Of a stretch of DNA of 37,726 bases, positions 1 to 8,348 are shown piece by piece. Numbering within the stretch: the stretch's first letter is position 1; each line of letters begins with the position of its first letter. This DNA comes from a virus (Duplodnaviria; Heunggongvirae; Uroviricota; Caudoviricetes), in the IMG/VR virus record IMGVR_UViG_2711768052_000002, one strand, 5' to 3'. Position numbers and translations under genes: made by a program. The notes under the pieces were generated by a model. It was given only the letters and a program-made list of their open reading frames with translations. It did not search any database and was not told where the DNA came from.

Positions 1-142
1 CATATTACGTGGGTAGGATCACGCAGGGGTCGGCCCATTTGAGCTTCAGATAGGAACGTTTGAATTCCTTTCACAAAATACATCACATACTGAACGTGAA
101 CATTCCCACTTTGATCTTAAGGCCAAAAAGTATGCAGGACTA

Positions 143-871
143 ATGATTTTTAGGGATAGCTTGAGAGTATTACCTTATGGTCGAGTAGATAATGATTTCT
201 TCCAGATAGAAGAAAGACGTTCATGGAATGCAGGGCGATATTATTGGTCTAATAGAAGGATTTTTGGTTATATTGGAATTACTCAATCCAGTAATAAAGA
301 GCTGAAAGATAAGTCGGGGAGAGAGGGATTCATAAGAAACCAGGCTGCAAGAGAACTGAAAACTATTATATCTAATTTGTTAACTGAACTTGCTGATAGA
401 TTTTTTGGTTCACGTTCTGATGACCGTAAAGAGCTTTTAGAACAAGTTAAGCGTGAAAAAGAGTTAAGAAAATCTGCTCAACAACAAGCTCGAAAATCAA
501 CACAAAAAAGTTTTTCAGAAGCTTTGAAGAATCAGACACCAGTTCTTGATGCTTCCTTGGAGGCTGTTAAAAGGCTGAAAACTAAGCTTGATAAAACTGA
601 TGGTTCGTTAGATTTAAACTATCTTAAAATTATAGACAGTGATCTTACAAACTTAGATGCGTTGCGCAGTGAAATTAAAACGCCTATCAAACCTCCAAAA
701 CTTGGAATGTATGAAGAGAAATATAGAGACTACAGAGATAAATTTAATGAGTTCTCTGCGTATATTCTACAAATGAAGTTAGCAATTAATAAACTTGATT
801 CTGAATTAAATAAACTTGAGCCTTCATTGTCAGCGAAAAATCACCTTGAAAAAAAATCAAGGTATTATTAA
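143..871 (+). CDS. N-terminal coiled-coil/sensor-like segment of a histidine-kinase-like protein (probably the 5' part of one gene continued in 816..1862 after a frameshift)
   Basis: ATG at 143 follows an in-frame stop at 14..16; Lys/Glu-rich heptad-like sequence (ELLEQVKREKELRKSAQQQARKS); ORF ends right after an A8 run (~848..855) while the downstream histidine-kinase frame is already open from ~810. Confidence 0.45.
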   Translation: MIFRDSLRVLPYGRVDNDFFQIEERRSWNAGRYYWSNRRIFGYIGITQSSNKELKDKSGREGFIRNQAARELKTIISNLLTELADRFFGSRSDDRKELLEQVKREKELRKSAQQQARKSTQKSFSEALKNQTPVLDASLEAVKRLKTKLDKTDGSLDLNYLKIIDSDLTNLDALRSEIKTPIKPPKLGMYEEKYRDYRDKFNEFSAYILQMKLAINKLDSELNKLEPSLSAKNHLEKKSRYY

Positions 872-1862
872 TTCTAAACTAACTAAGTTTAATAACACGA
901 TAGAGGAGAAGATACATTCTCTTTTAAAAAAATGGGCCGATGAAATAAAGGTTGATCGAAGTGATTATTATGCTAAAACTATATCAGTTGTTGATTCAAT
1001 AGATAATGATTCACAAATTGAAAATGTGTTTAATTTGCTCGATAGTTTATATGTTGAGTCAGTTGATACCCTAACTTTCAAATATCAATCAATAATAAAA
1101 GGTCTCGATAGATTATTTGAAGGTATAAACTTAGATTCAGCATTCTCATTATCTGAAGAAGAACGCTCATATTTTGAAGAAAAAGCTAAAAGTTTAAACG
1201 CGCTTGCACAGTTAGGTATTAGTGTTGAGATAATATCTCATGAACTTGAAGAAATGGATTCTATGGTAACCAGAGGACTAAACTCTCTTCCTACTTCTGT
1301 AAAAGAACACCCTGGTTTTTCATTGGCGTTAAATGCTCACAGATCGCTTACTCAACAAATACGTTTCTTATCACCTTTGAAAATATCAGGTTATCAATCC
1401 AGGCAGAGAATAACTGGAAAAAATATCATGGATTATGTCCTGAAGTTCTTTGGGGAGCGTTTCGAACGGCAACGAATAACTATTGAATTTAGTGAAGAGT
1501 TTAAGCAAATCGCAATAACAGATATACCATCAAGGATCTATCCTGTTTTTACTAATATTATCAACAATGCAATGTATTGGGTCAGTCTGTCAAATAATAG
1601 GCTCATAAAGATTGGTTTTGTGAATTCTTTGGTTATCATAGCAAATTCTGGTCCGGCAATTGATACCGATGATATCCCGCGACTATTTGAACTATTTTAT
1701 AGCAAAAGAGCAAATGGACATGGGGTAGGTCTGTATCTATGTCGAGAAAACCTTGCTGTTGCACATCATAAAATATGGTATTCAGAACCTGATGAAGGCG
1801 ATAACTATTTAATAAAAGATGGCGCTAATTTTGTGATCCAGTTCAATGGAGTGGAGTTCTAA
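816..1862 (+). CDS. histidine kinase catalytic core (HisKA-like H-box + HATPase_c/GHKL ATPase)
   Basis: H-box-like IISHELEEMDS; N-box-like FTNIINNAMYW; G1/F/G2 region ANSGPAIDTDDIPRLFELFYSKRANGHGVGLYLCRENL. Track start is a TTG; the first ATG in this frame is ~145 codons in, so the true N-terminus is probably supplied by ORF 143..871. Confidence 0.6.
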   Translation: MSLHCQRKITLKKNQGIINSKLTKFNNTIEEKIHSLLKKWADEIKVDRSDYYAKTISVVDSIDNDSQIENVFNLLDSLYVESVDTLTFKYQSIIKGLDRLFEGINLDSAFSLSEEERSYFEEKAKSLNALAQLGISVEIISHELEEMDSMVTRGLNSLPTSVKEHPGFSLALNAHRSLTQQIRFLSPLKISGYQSRQRITGKNIMDYVLKFFGERFERQRITIEFSEEFKQIAITDIPSRIYPVFTNIINNAMYWVSLSNNRLIKIGFVNSLVIIANSGPAIDTDDIPRLFELFYSKRANGHGVGLYLCRENLAVAHHKIWYSEPDEGDNYLIKDGANFVIQFNGVEF

Positions 1863-1863
1863 T

Positions 1864-3612
1864 ATGACAGTGGCAAATTATAATTCTCTTGTCCAGAAAA
1901 CTTTCTGCGAAAATGCAATTCGTTCCGTTGTCATGATTGATGACGATTTTCTGACGTATTCTGAATCAATCAGGGCGTTGAATAACGAAGTTGATTTAGA
2001 CTACAACAAAATTGACTCATCTAAACGAGCCGCTACTCTTGAGAGCTTTTTTCAATCTAAAAATATGATTTGTGATGTTGACAATGGTTCTGTTAATTTC
2101 GATGTGGATCGGATTAGAAAATCAGATCTTATTATTGTAGATTATCATCTTGATAATAATGCACCTGATAAAACACTTAAACCATTACAAGATTTGAAAG
2201 ACTCCGATCATTTAAATATGATTGTAATATATACTAGAGAGAATTTAGAAACGGTTTGGATGCAGATATCATCGACTCTCAAAGGTGCTCTGGATATCAA
2301 CAGCTTGATCATTGACTACGATAATGAAGATGTCCAAAGTTATTGGGAAGACGTTGTATTACCGAACTTAAATGATAATGGTAATAAAGCTCTCACAAGA
2401 GATGAAACAATAGCCTATATTAAAGACAGTAAGCCTTGTAGAAGAATTAAAAGATTAATACATGATGATGCTGTGTTGGAGGATCAAAAGGATAAAAACT
2501 TCATTGCAAAAATGATTGCAGAATATGCTGTGTCTAGAAATGCAATTATTTCTAGCAACACATCTGGCAATGTCATTCGGGGTGATGAAAGCGGAGTAAA
2601 ATGGATTCAATGTGGTAATATCTTTGTCTCCCTATTTCATAAGGTTCAAGATGATCATGAAAACGATGGAGATAGGATTTGGCAAACTCTCAATGATTCT
2701 CTCATTGAATGGAAACCATCTTATTATCAGTTAATAAAATCTGAAATTCAGAATGCAATCGAAGCTGAGGCTTTATCTTTTGTAAATCATTTGGCTAACG
2801 ATCATTACGGTCAAGCTGCGTGGTTAAATGAGATATTAAAATCAGACTCGCCTGATATTAGATGTAGAAATATTGACTTTGTATTTGGTAATTTATCAGA
2901 AGAGCTTTATCAAAGACTTAAAAATAATAATACGCTGGATGAATTTATCAAAAGTGTTTTTGATAGCTATTCAAATGAATACGCTAACAGCGGAGTTGCT
3001 GCATTGCTCCAATATTGCTCTTCAAAAATGGATCTGCCATCAAATAATGATACTTATCACGAAATGTATCATGCTTTAAATATGAATTTGTCTTCAAAGA
3101 ATTTTGAAGATGGTCATATTTCTACTGGCACTATTTTCTTTGATACAGAGTCGAACAAATGGTATTTATGTGTATCTGCGGCATGTGATTTGGTTCCTAC
3201 TCAGGGTAACGACCCTCACCATGTAAGATTAAGTCCGCACAGGCTCATTAAAGTTCTGGAGCTTTTTAACGCCAGTCAGAGTAAAGCATTGCCATTTGCT
3301 GAACATTCGAAATATATATATGTAATGCATAAAAATCAAAGAAAATATCTCTCTATTTTCGAAGGGGATAAAACGCTTCCTGTTGTTGATTATATGGTGG
3401 TGTTGAATCATGGAACAACAGTTGATGGCGAAGAAAAAAATATTATTTCTGCCGTGTTTTTAAGTAATATGGATGGCAACGTGCAAAATGTTCCTGTCCG
3501 ACTCAAACTTAAATCTCAACTGAGAACTGGTTATGCAGAAAGATATCAGGCTATAGCGTCTCAGTATAGCTCAAGGATTGGTGTGGATTATGTATCAATG
3601 ATGCTACCATAA
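1864..3612 (+). CDS. receiver (REC)-like domain protein with ~430-aa C-terminal domain of unknown function (candidate effector)
   Basis: N-terminal receiver-like motifs: VVMIDDDF (acidic pocket), DLIIVDYHLD (candidate phospho-Asp), MIVIYTREN (conserved Thr). Start placed at ATG 1864, just after the upstream stop with GGAG upstream; track alternative is ATG 1846. No recognisable motif in the C-terminal two thirds. Confidence 0.55.
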   Translation: MTVANYNSLVQKTFCENAIRSVVMIDDDFLTYSESIRALNNEVDLDYNKIDSSKRAATLESFFQSKNMICDVDNGSVNFDVDRIRKSDLIIVDYHLDNNAPDKTLKPLQDLKDSDHLNMIVIYTRENLETVWMQISSTLKGALDINSLIIDYDNEDVQSYWEDVVLPNLNDNGNKALTRDETIAYIKDSKPCRRIKRLIHDDAVLEDQKDKNFIAKMIAEYAVSRNAIISSNTSGNVIRGDESGVKWIQCGNIFVSLFHKVQDDHENDGDRIWQTLNDSLIEWKPSYYQLIKSEIQNAIEAEALSFVNHLANDHYGQAAWLNEILKSDSPDIRCRNIDFVFGNLSEELYQRLKNNNTLDEFIKSVFDSYSNEYANSGVAALLQYCSSKMDLPSNNDTYHEMYHALNMNLSSKNFEDGHISTGTIFFDTESNKWYLCVSAACDLVPTQGNDPHHVRLSPHRLIKVLELFNASQSKALPFAEHSKYIYVMHKNQRKYLSIFEGDKTLPVVDYMVVLNHGTTVDGEEKNIISAVFLSNMDGNVQNVPVRLKLKSQLRTGYAERYQAIASQYSSRIGVDYVSMMLP

Positions 3613-3684
3613 TTATTATATTTTAGGCGTGGTGATTTTTTTTTCGCCATGCCTATTTTATATTTATCATCACAATGATGTTGT

Positions 3685-4101
3685 TTATTTTTGTTTAAGT
3701 CTTCTAAGCTTCATGCATTCTAATGAGAATAATAATAGAGTTGTGCTGTATATAAAGCCAGAGTTAGTTAATAACTTTAAATTTAATGCTTCAGGATTTT
3801 CACTGAGAAAGTGAAAGGCATAAACTAAGTATACAGCTAAAGTAGCCGTTCCAATTGTTGGTCCAATATCGCCTTGATCATGAGGTTCAAGGTTTACATT
3901 GAACTTGAAGATTAGCCATTCAAATCCCCAAGTAAAAAAAACAACTAATATCATGGCTGCGAATAATTTCGCGATGTTATCTGCTGATGGATTCATCAGA
4001 ACAGATTGTTTCTGAAAAAATTCACAAAGTGAGAGTCCGAAAAAAATAAAAAAAAGTGGTCTGGAACTAAATTTTTCAAAAACTTTGAATAGGGTTTCCA
4101 T
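3685..4101 (-). CDS. small integral membrane protein, hypothetical
   Basis: 138-aa ORF with 3-4 hydrophobic stretches (LFFIFFGLSL, AAMILVVFFTWGFEWLIF, TATLAVYLVYAF, IYSTTLLLF); AT-rich; convergent with the kinase/receiver pair. Confidence 0.45.
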   Translation of the reverse strand: METLFKVFEKFSSRPLFFIFFGLSLCEFFQKQSVLMNPSADNIAKLFAAMILVVFFTWGFEWLIFKFNVNLEPHDQGDIGPTIGTATLAVYLVYAFHFLSENPEALNLKLLTNSGFIYSTTLLLFSLECMKLRRLKQK

Positions 4102-4139
4102 TTTCTTTACCTTCAGGATTATATTAGCTATTCTGATAC

Positions 4140-5411
4140 TTAGGCTACCAGAGCATTTGATCTTTGAGCTTGAACGTAATCACTCCACCATTGCATCAAA
4201 CTCTGTCGCTCTATCAGATATTCTGCACGATTGTATGCTGCGATAATTTCATCTTTTTTCGAGTGGGCAAGCGCTGCCTCAAGAACTTCAGCTCTGAATT
4301 TACCAGACTCCTCTGCCGCTGTTCGTGCAATAGAACGCATACCGTGAGCTACAAGCTCGCCTCCGAACCCCATTCGGATGATAGCTGCGTTGGCTGTTTG
4401 TTCATGCATATGATTAAGAGGCGCTTTTATGCTGGGGAAAACCCATTCTCTATGCCCACTTATTGATTTCATTAATTCAAGGATGCGCAAAGCTTCTTTA
4501 CTCAAAGGAACTTTGTGAAGCTTTTTCATTTTCATGAAATCAGCAGGAATGTTCCAAATGCTGTTGGTTGTATCAATATCAGACCACCTTGCGCGAACGG
4601 CTTCACCCGGACGAACCCATGTCAACAATTGCCATTCAATTAGCATACGTGTTTCCAACCGGATTGACGCATTCGTCAAAGATTCCATAAACCTTGGCAA
4701 TTCGCTTGGGGGAAGGGCAGGCATATTTTGCTTTTTTGGTTTACTGAATCTTTGACCAAGGTTGTCAGCCGGGTTGAACTCAATAAGTTCTTCAGTAGCT
4801 GCCCACCGGAAGATTTCATTCAGACGTGAAATGATACGGCGTAGAGTTTCCAATACGCCTCGTTGCTCAATAGGATCAAGGTGTTGTTTTAAGAGCTTAG
4901 GTCGGATCTCATTGATAGGGACATTACCCAGACCGGGAAAGACATTTCTCTCTAAGCTGCGCCAGATGTCTGCTGCATGGTCTTGTGAGATACCTGATGT
5001 CTTTACCTTCTCATCTAACCATTTCCGCGCTACGGCTTGGAGAGTGTGCTCAGTAGCACTCTTTAATGCCTTCGCCTTATCGTTGTTATGGATTTGGGGA
5101 TCAACACCATTTGCCAGAAAGGAGAGATATTCATCACGTAAGGCTCTGGCTCTTGCAAGGGTAAGGTGAGGATATGTCCCAAGGCTCATTTTGGTTCTTT
5201 TCTTGCTCACTGGTACTGCATACCTGAAATACCAATTTTTCTTGCCTCCTTTCGCCAAAGGAGCGATTCGTAGAATCAGACCATCACCGTCAAACAAGTT
5301 GATTTCTTTATCGGCTGGCTTGGTGCTTTTGATTTCAGTGTCAGTGAGCTTCTTAGCGATTTTTGCCATTTTGGGACCCTCGGTTTTTGGACCCTTCTTA
5401 GTGGGTCCCAT
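4140..5411 (-). CDS. int: tyrosine-type site-specific integrase, P4 family
   Basis: N-terminal arm-binding signature LTDTEIKSTKP...LFDGDGLILRI...KNWYFRY typical of P4/CP4-57 IntA-type integrases; C-terminal catalytic region (HGMRSIARTAAEESG, AAYNRAEY); sits next to the ssrA 3' fragment. Confidence 0.9.
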   Translation of the reverse strand: MGPTKKGPKTEGPKMAKIAKKLTDTEIKSTKPADKEINLFDGDGLILRIAPLAKGGKKNWYFRYAVPVSKKRTKMSLGTYPHLTLARARALRDEYLSFLANGVDPQIHNNDKAKALKSATEHTLQAVARKWLDEKVKTSGISQDHAADIWRSLERNVFPGLGNVPINEIRPKLLKQHLDPIEQRGVLETLRRIISRLNEIFRWAATEELIEFNPADNLGQRFSKPKKQNMPALPPSELPRFMESLTNASIRLETRMLIEWQLLTWVRPGEAVRARWSDIDTTNSIWNIPADFMKMKKLHKVPLSKEALRILELMKSISGHREWVFPSIKAPLNHMHEQTANAAIIRMGFGGELVAHGMRSIARTAAEESGKFRAEVLEAALAHSKKDEIIAAYNRAEYLIERQSLMQWWSDYVQAQRSNALVA

Positions 5412-5534
5412 TCAGGGTGCCATAACTCGTAGTTCTCAGCAATTCTCACTGGACGACAATAGACGTAAAAAAGCCCGCAGAGCTTGTGCTGTGTGGGCTT
5501 AGTAGACTTCATTGAACTTCAAACAACTAAAAAG

Positions 5535-5567
5535 TGGTGGAGCTGGCGGGAGTTGAACCCGAGTCCG
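5535..5567 (-). other. ssrA: 3'-terminal fragment of ssrA (tmRNA) - putative att core repeat
   Basis: Minus-strand reading CGGACTCGGGTTCAACTCCCGCCAGCTCCACCA matches the recalled 3' acceptor/T-arm end of E. coli tmRNA (one mismatch) including CCA; flanking sequence on the 5' side does not continue as tmRNA, so only the terminal ~33 nt are present. Confidence 0.75.
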
Positions 5568-5578
5568 AATTTTTTTAA

Positions 5579-6397
5579 CTATCTGTTTTTATTAAAATCA
5601 TGCTCATCCATAAAATCTGCGTAGCTTTTGCGTATCCTTTCTAGGACAACCTGTGTCCAACACTGTTTGGATGTGAAAAGAATATCTATGTCTAAAATTA
5701 GATCTAAGCCATTTCCGTAAAAAGATACGCTCTTAAATTCTGTTGTGAAAATTTTCTTTCTTTTCTTATTGTTTACATCTCTATATTCAAGGATAAGGTC
5801 CGGCCCTATAAACGATGAGATGGAGGTGGTTACAAGATAATTACCAATTAATTCTGGCACCAATGGGGGAAATGGTATGGTTGTTTTCTCTTTGTCTTTA
5901 ATATTCGGAGTTATAAATTCTATCAAAGTTCCTTTTTTTTGAAAGCTATTATGTTTTTGCGGACCTCTACCAAAAATATCAACATTCAAGAAGTTATTGT
6001 TGTCTTTGATTGTAAAAAACTCTTCATTTTGCAAAAATATCTCATGTGATTTTTGTGTGTTGTTATTATCTATTTTGAATTTGTTTATCTTAATATATTT
6101 CTCATACTCTTCAGACCAGTAGTGATTTATTTTTATAGCTGGGCCAAGACCTATGTTGAGAAGCTCTATATTCAAAGTGGTTGGTGATATTTCTATGTTC
6201 TTAAATAATTTCAAGTTATCTCTGTGCATCCATGTGAATTTTGTATTCTTAGGTAAAATTTGAGGTTTGTTTGAAATTATTCTTTGCTGCCATGTTTGGT
6301 ACATTGCAAAAAATGCAATTATGACACTTATTATGGCTATGAAGTCGGTAGTGGTAATTGAGTAACCTAACATTTTTATTAAATCTGTGTTATTCAT
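5579..6397 (-). CDS. hypothetical membrane-anchored protein (single N-terminal TM helix), AT-rich cargo gene
   Basis: 272-aa ORF; N-terminal hydrophobic helix FIAIISVIIAFFAMY then a Lys/Asn-rich soluble domain; located between the ssrA att fragment and the prophage integrase. Confidence 0.5.
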   Translation of the reverse strand: MNNTDLIKMLGYSITTTDFIAIISVIIAFFAMYQTWQQRIISNKPQILPKNTKFTWMHRDNLKLFKNIEISPTTLNIELLNIGLGPAIKINHYWSEEYEKYIKINKFKIDNNNTQKSHEIFLQNEEFFTIKDNNNFLNVDIFGRGPQKHNSFQKKGTLIEFITPNIKDKEKTTIPFPPLVPELIGNYLVTTSISSFIGPDLILEYRDVNNKKRKKIFTTEFKSVSFYGNGLDLILDIDILFTSKQCWTQVVLERIRKSYADFMDEHDFNKNR

Positions 6398-6436
6398 GTG
6401 AAATCTCTACTTCCAATCAGAAGTAGAGATTATCAT

Positions 6437-7612
6437 TTAATTAGTACAATTTATCAAATGATTGTGTGTGCTATTGTTATCATAATCTTTAAGATAACGG
6501 CCGTAATGCCTAAATAGCATTTCTGGTCCTTTATGCCCCATTTGAGCGGCTAACCAAAACAAATTAACACCTTGACTAATGTGTTTTGTAGCAAATGTAT
6601 GTCTAGTTTGATAAGGATTACGGTAACGGACTCCGGCTTTACGTAAAGTTGGCACCCATGCCTTCTTTCTTATGGCGTCTGCGCTGGCCCAAGGTTTATT
6701 GGTTTTTGGATCTTCAAAGACAGTCGCGTCCTTCATGAAAGTGAACGGTTTCTGATTTATTAGTGCAGACATTGCTTCATCTGTCAGTTCAACTTTTCGA
6801 GTACCTGCTTTTGTTTTGGTACCTTTGATTACACCAACAACACTGGCGCTCTGGACGTGGGCAGTCCTCCCTACAAAGTCAATATCACGCCATCTAAGGG
6901 CACATAATTCAGAACTACGCAGACCTGTATTTATAGCGAACCGGAACAGATTCTCCCATTGTTTGTTTCCGGCTGCTGCTAGTAATGCATCAACTTCTGC
7001 TGGTGATAGCGGATCAACCACGTAGCGGCTTTCTGCTTCTGACTTATCACTTTGGTAGCGCGAAGCAGTTACCAACGATACGGGGTTAATTTGAAGTACC
7101 CCATCGGTTACGGCTTCATCAAGTGCTGACCGCAGGAAAGATAACTGGTTGCGAATTGTTTTTAAGGTCGTTTTCTGGCTTTGAATCCACGCTTTCAGGA
7201 TTGCTGGTGTTAATTCACTTGCAGAGCAAATGTGGAGTGAGGCTAACGCACTACGGCATTTTTTATAACCACCAATCGTAGAGGGTGAAAGTTTTCTCGT
7301 TTCGCAGATTTCAAGGTATTCGTCCAAGTACATTTTTACCGTTTTGCCTGCAGCAGCATTACCAAAAATTTTCAAACGAGCAGAACGGGGAAAATATTCC
7401 GCATAAATGAATGTTCCCCTTTCGATCTTATTATGAATTTCACCGAGTGTGCGCTCGGCGTATTTTATGTTCTTTGGTGTTACTTCCAGATTGGAAAGAG
7501 GCTCACGACATTTAACTCCTTTGTAGGTGAAAGTTATATTGATCGTTTCGCCCTGGCGGTGTTTCCTGATTGTTACGCCGCGCGGTAGTTTGAGCAGTTT
7601 TGTCTGGCCCAT
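6437..7612 (-). CDS. int: tyrosine-type integrase, lambda family
   Basis: 391 aa; catalytic-domain motifs (GLRSSELCALRWRDID, HKGPEMLFRHYGRYL with catalytic Tyr context, RHTFATKHI); 5' end overlaps the upstream xis-like ORF as in lambda. Confidence 0.9.
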   Translation of the reverse strand: MGQTKLLKLPRGVTIRKHRQGETINITFTYKGVKCREPLSNLEVTPKNIKYAERTLGEIHNKIERGTFIYAEYFPRSARLKIFGNAAAGKTVKMYLDEYLEICETRKLSPSTIGGYKKCRSALASLHICSASELTPAILKAWIQSQKTTLKTIRNQLSFLRSALDEAVTDGVLQINPVSLVTASRYQSDKSEAESRYVVDPLSPAEVDALLAAAGNKQWENLFRFAINTGLRSSELCALRWRDIDFVGRTAHVQSASVVGVIKGTKTKAGTRKVELTDEAMSALINQKPFTFMKDATVFEDPKTNKPWASADAIRKKAWVPTLRKAGVRYRNPYQTRHTFATKHISQGVNLFWLAAQMGHKGPEMLFRHYGRYLKDYDNNSTHNHLINCTN

Positions 7613-7791
7613 TTTGCAACCTCACTAAGATCAATCCACCTCTCCTTAACGCCTTCAACCTTTAAAACCTGAACACCTTCACGCCAAACACCGCGCTGTA
7701 CACGTTTGTTTATTGCTTCAGGAGTTTCGCCAGTTTCTTTGCAATAAGTTGAGATTGGAACACAATCGAGGTTCAGCATATGTTTCTCCAC
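7573..7791 (-). CDS. xis: excisionase (Xis-like) / AlpA-type DNA-binding protein
   Basis: 72-aa basic protein directly upstream of and overlapping int; winged-helix-like segment ETPEAINKRVQRGVWREGVQ resembles the lambda Xis pattern. Confidence 0.6.
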   Translation of the reverse strand: MEKHMLNLDCVPISTYCKETGETPEAINKRVQRGVWREGVQVLKVEGVKERWIDLSEVAKWARQNCSNYRAA

Positions 7792-8348
7792 TTAGCCCGC
7801 TGCACACGGGCAGTAATATCAAATTTCAGTGCATCTTGTCGGAATAAACCTCTGCCAGATAGCAGAAACATATTTTGCCTGAGGGCGGGCATCAGCCAGA
7901 GCACCTCTGCAGGGGCGGTTAGTTTCTCCACAAAACAGAGAAGAACACCTGCGGTAGTCACTGCCGGATGGATTGGGTTATGAGCCCATCGTCCGGTGAT
8001 GCTCTTCTCTGTTTTGTAAAAATGATGGTACCAGCCGGAAGCAAGGGTACAAGCTGGTACCGCCAAGACTACACACAGCATAAAGTTGTGGTGCCGGGTG
8101 CCTCCCGGTGCCTGGCGAAGGTTGCACACCAGGCGGGTGGGTATCCACAGAAGGTCGACTGTCAGCCTCAACCTTAACCCGCGTGCGCTGAGCCGCATTC
8201 ACCACAACGCTAAGGATTCTCTCTGGTTGAAAATACTTAGCTGTTATGTGCCTGCTTTTAGCCACATCAGGCGAGGTGGACCTAGTTATTCCCCAACAAC
8301 AAGGATTCGGTTAATCTGGTTATCCCCAACAACGCAAAAGGAAAAGAA

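Larger units (their letters stand above)
1..5567. mobile_element. AT-rich integrative island (P4-type integrase at right end, ssrA 3' core repeat at boundary); left end lies outside the window
   Basis: Strongly AT-rich coding region 143..4101, P4-type integrase 4140..5411 reading away from a tmRNA 3'-end fragment at 5535..5567; abrupt compositional change relative to the prophage structural region. Confidence 0.6.

Noticed and set aside
4164-5502. Series of plus-strand ORFs (100, 73, 135, 103 aa) opposite the P4-type integrase
   Set aside because: All overlap the integrase on the other strand; the integrase has clear family signatures and these do not.
5535-5640. Possibility that an intact tmRNA gene is present
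   Set aside because: Only the terminal ~33 nt match tmRNA; sequence 5' of it (minus-strand sense) diverges immediately, so this is an att-core fragment, not the gene.
7773-8265. Several overlapping ORFs (141, 67, 69, 95 aa) in the GC-rich region after xis
   Set aside because: Mutually overlapping on both strands with no RBS or motifs; more consistent with non-coding or decayed sequence (reported as a finding instead).
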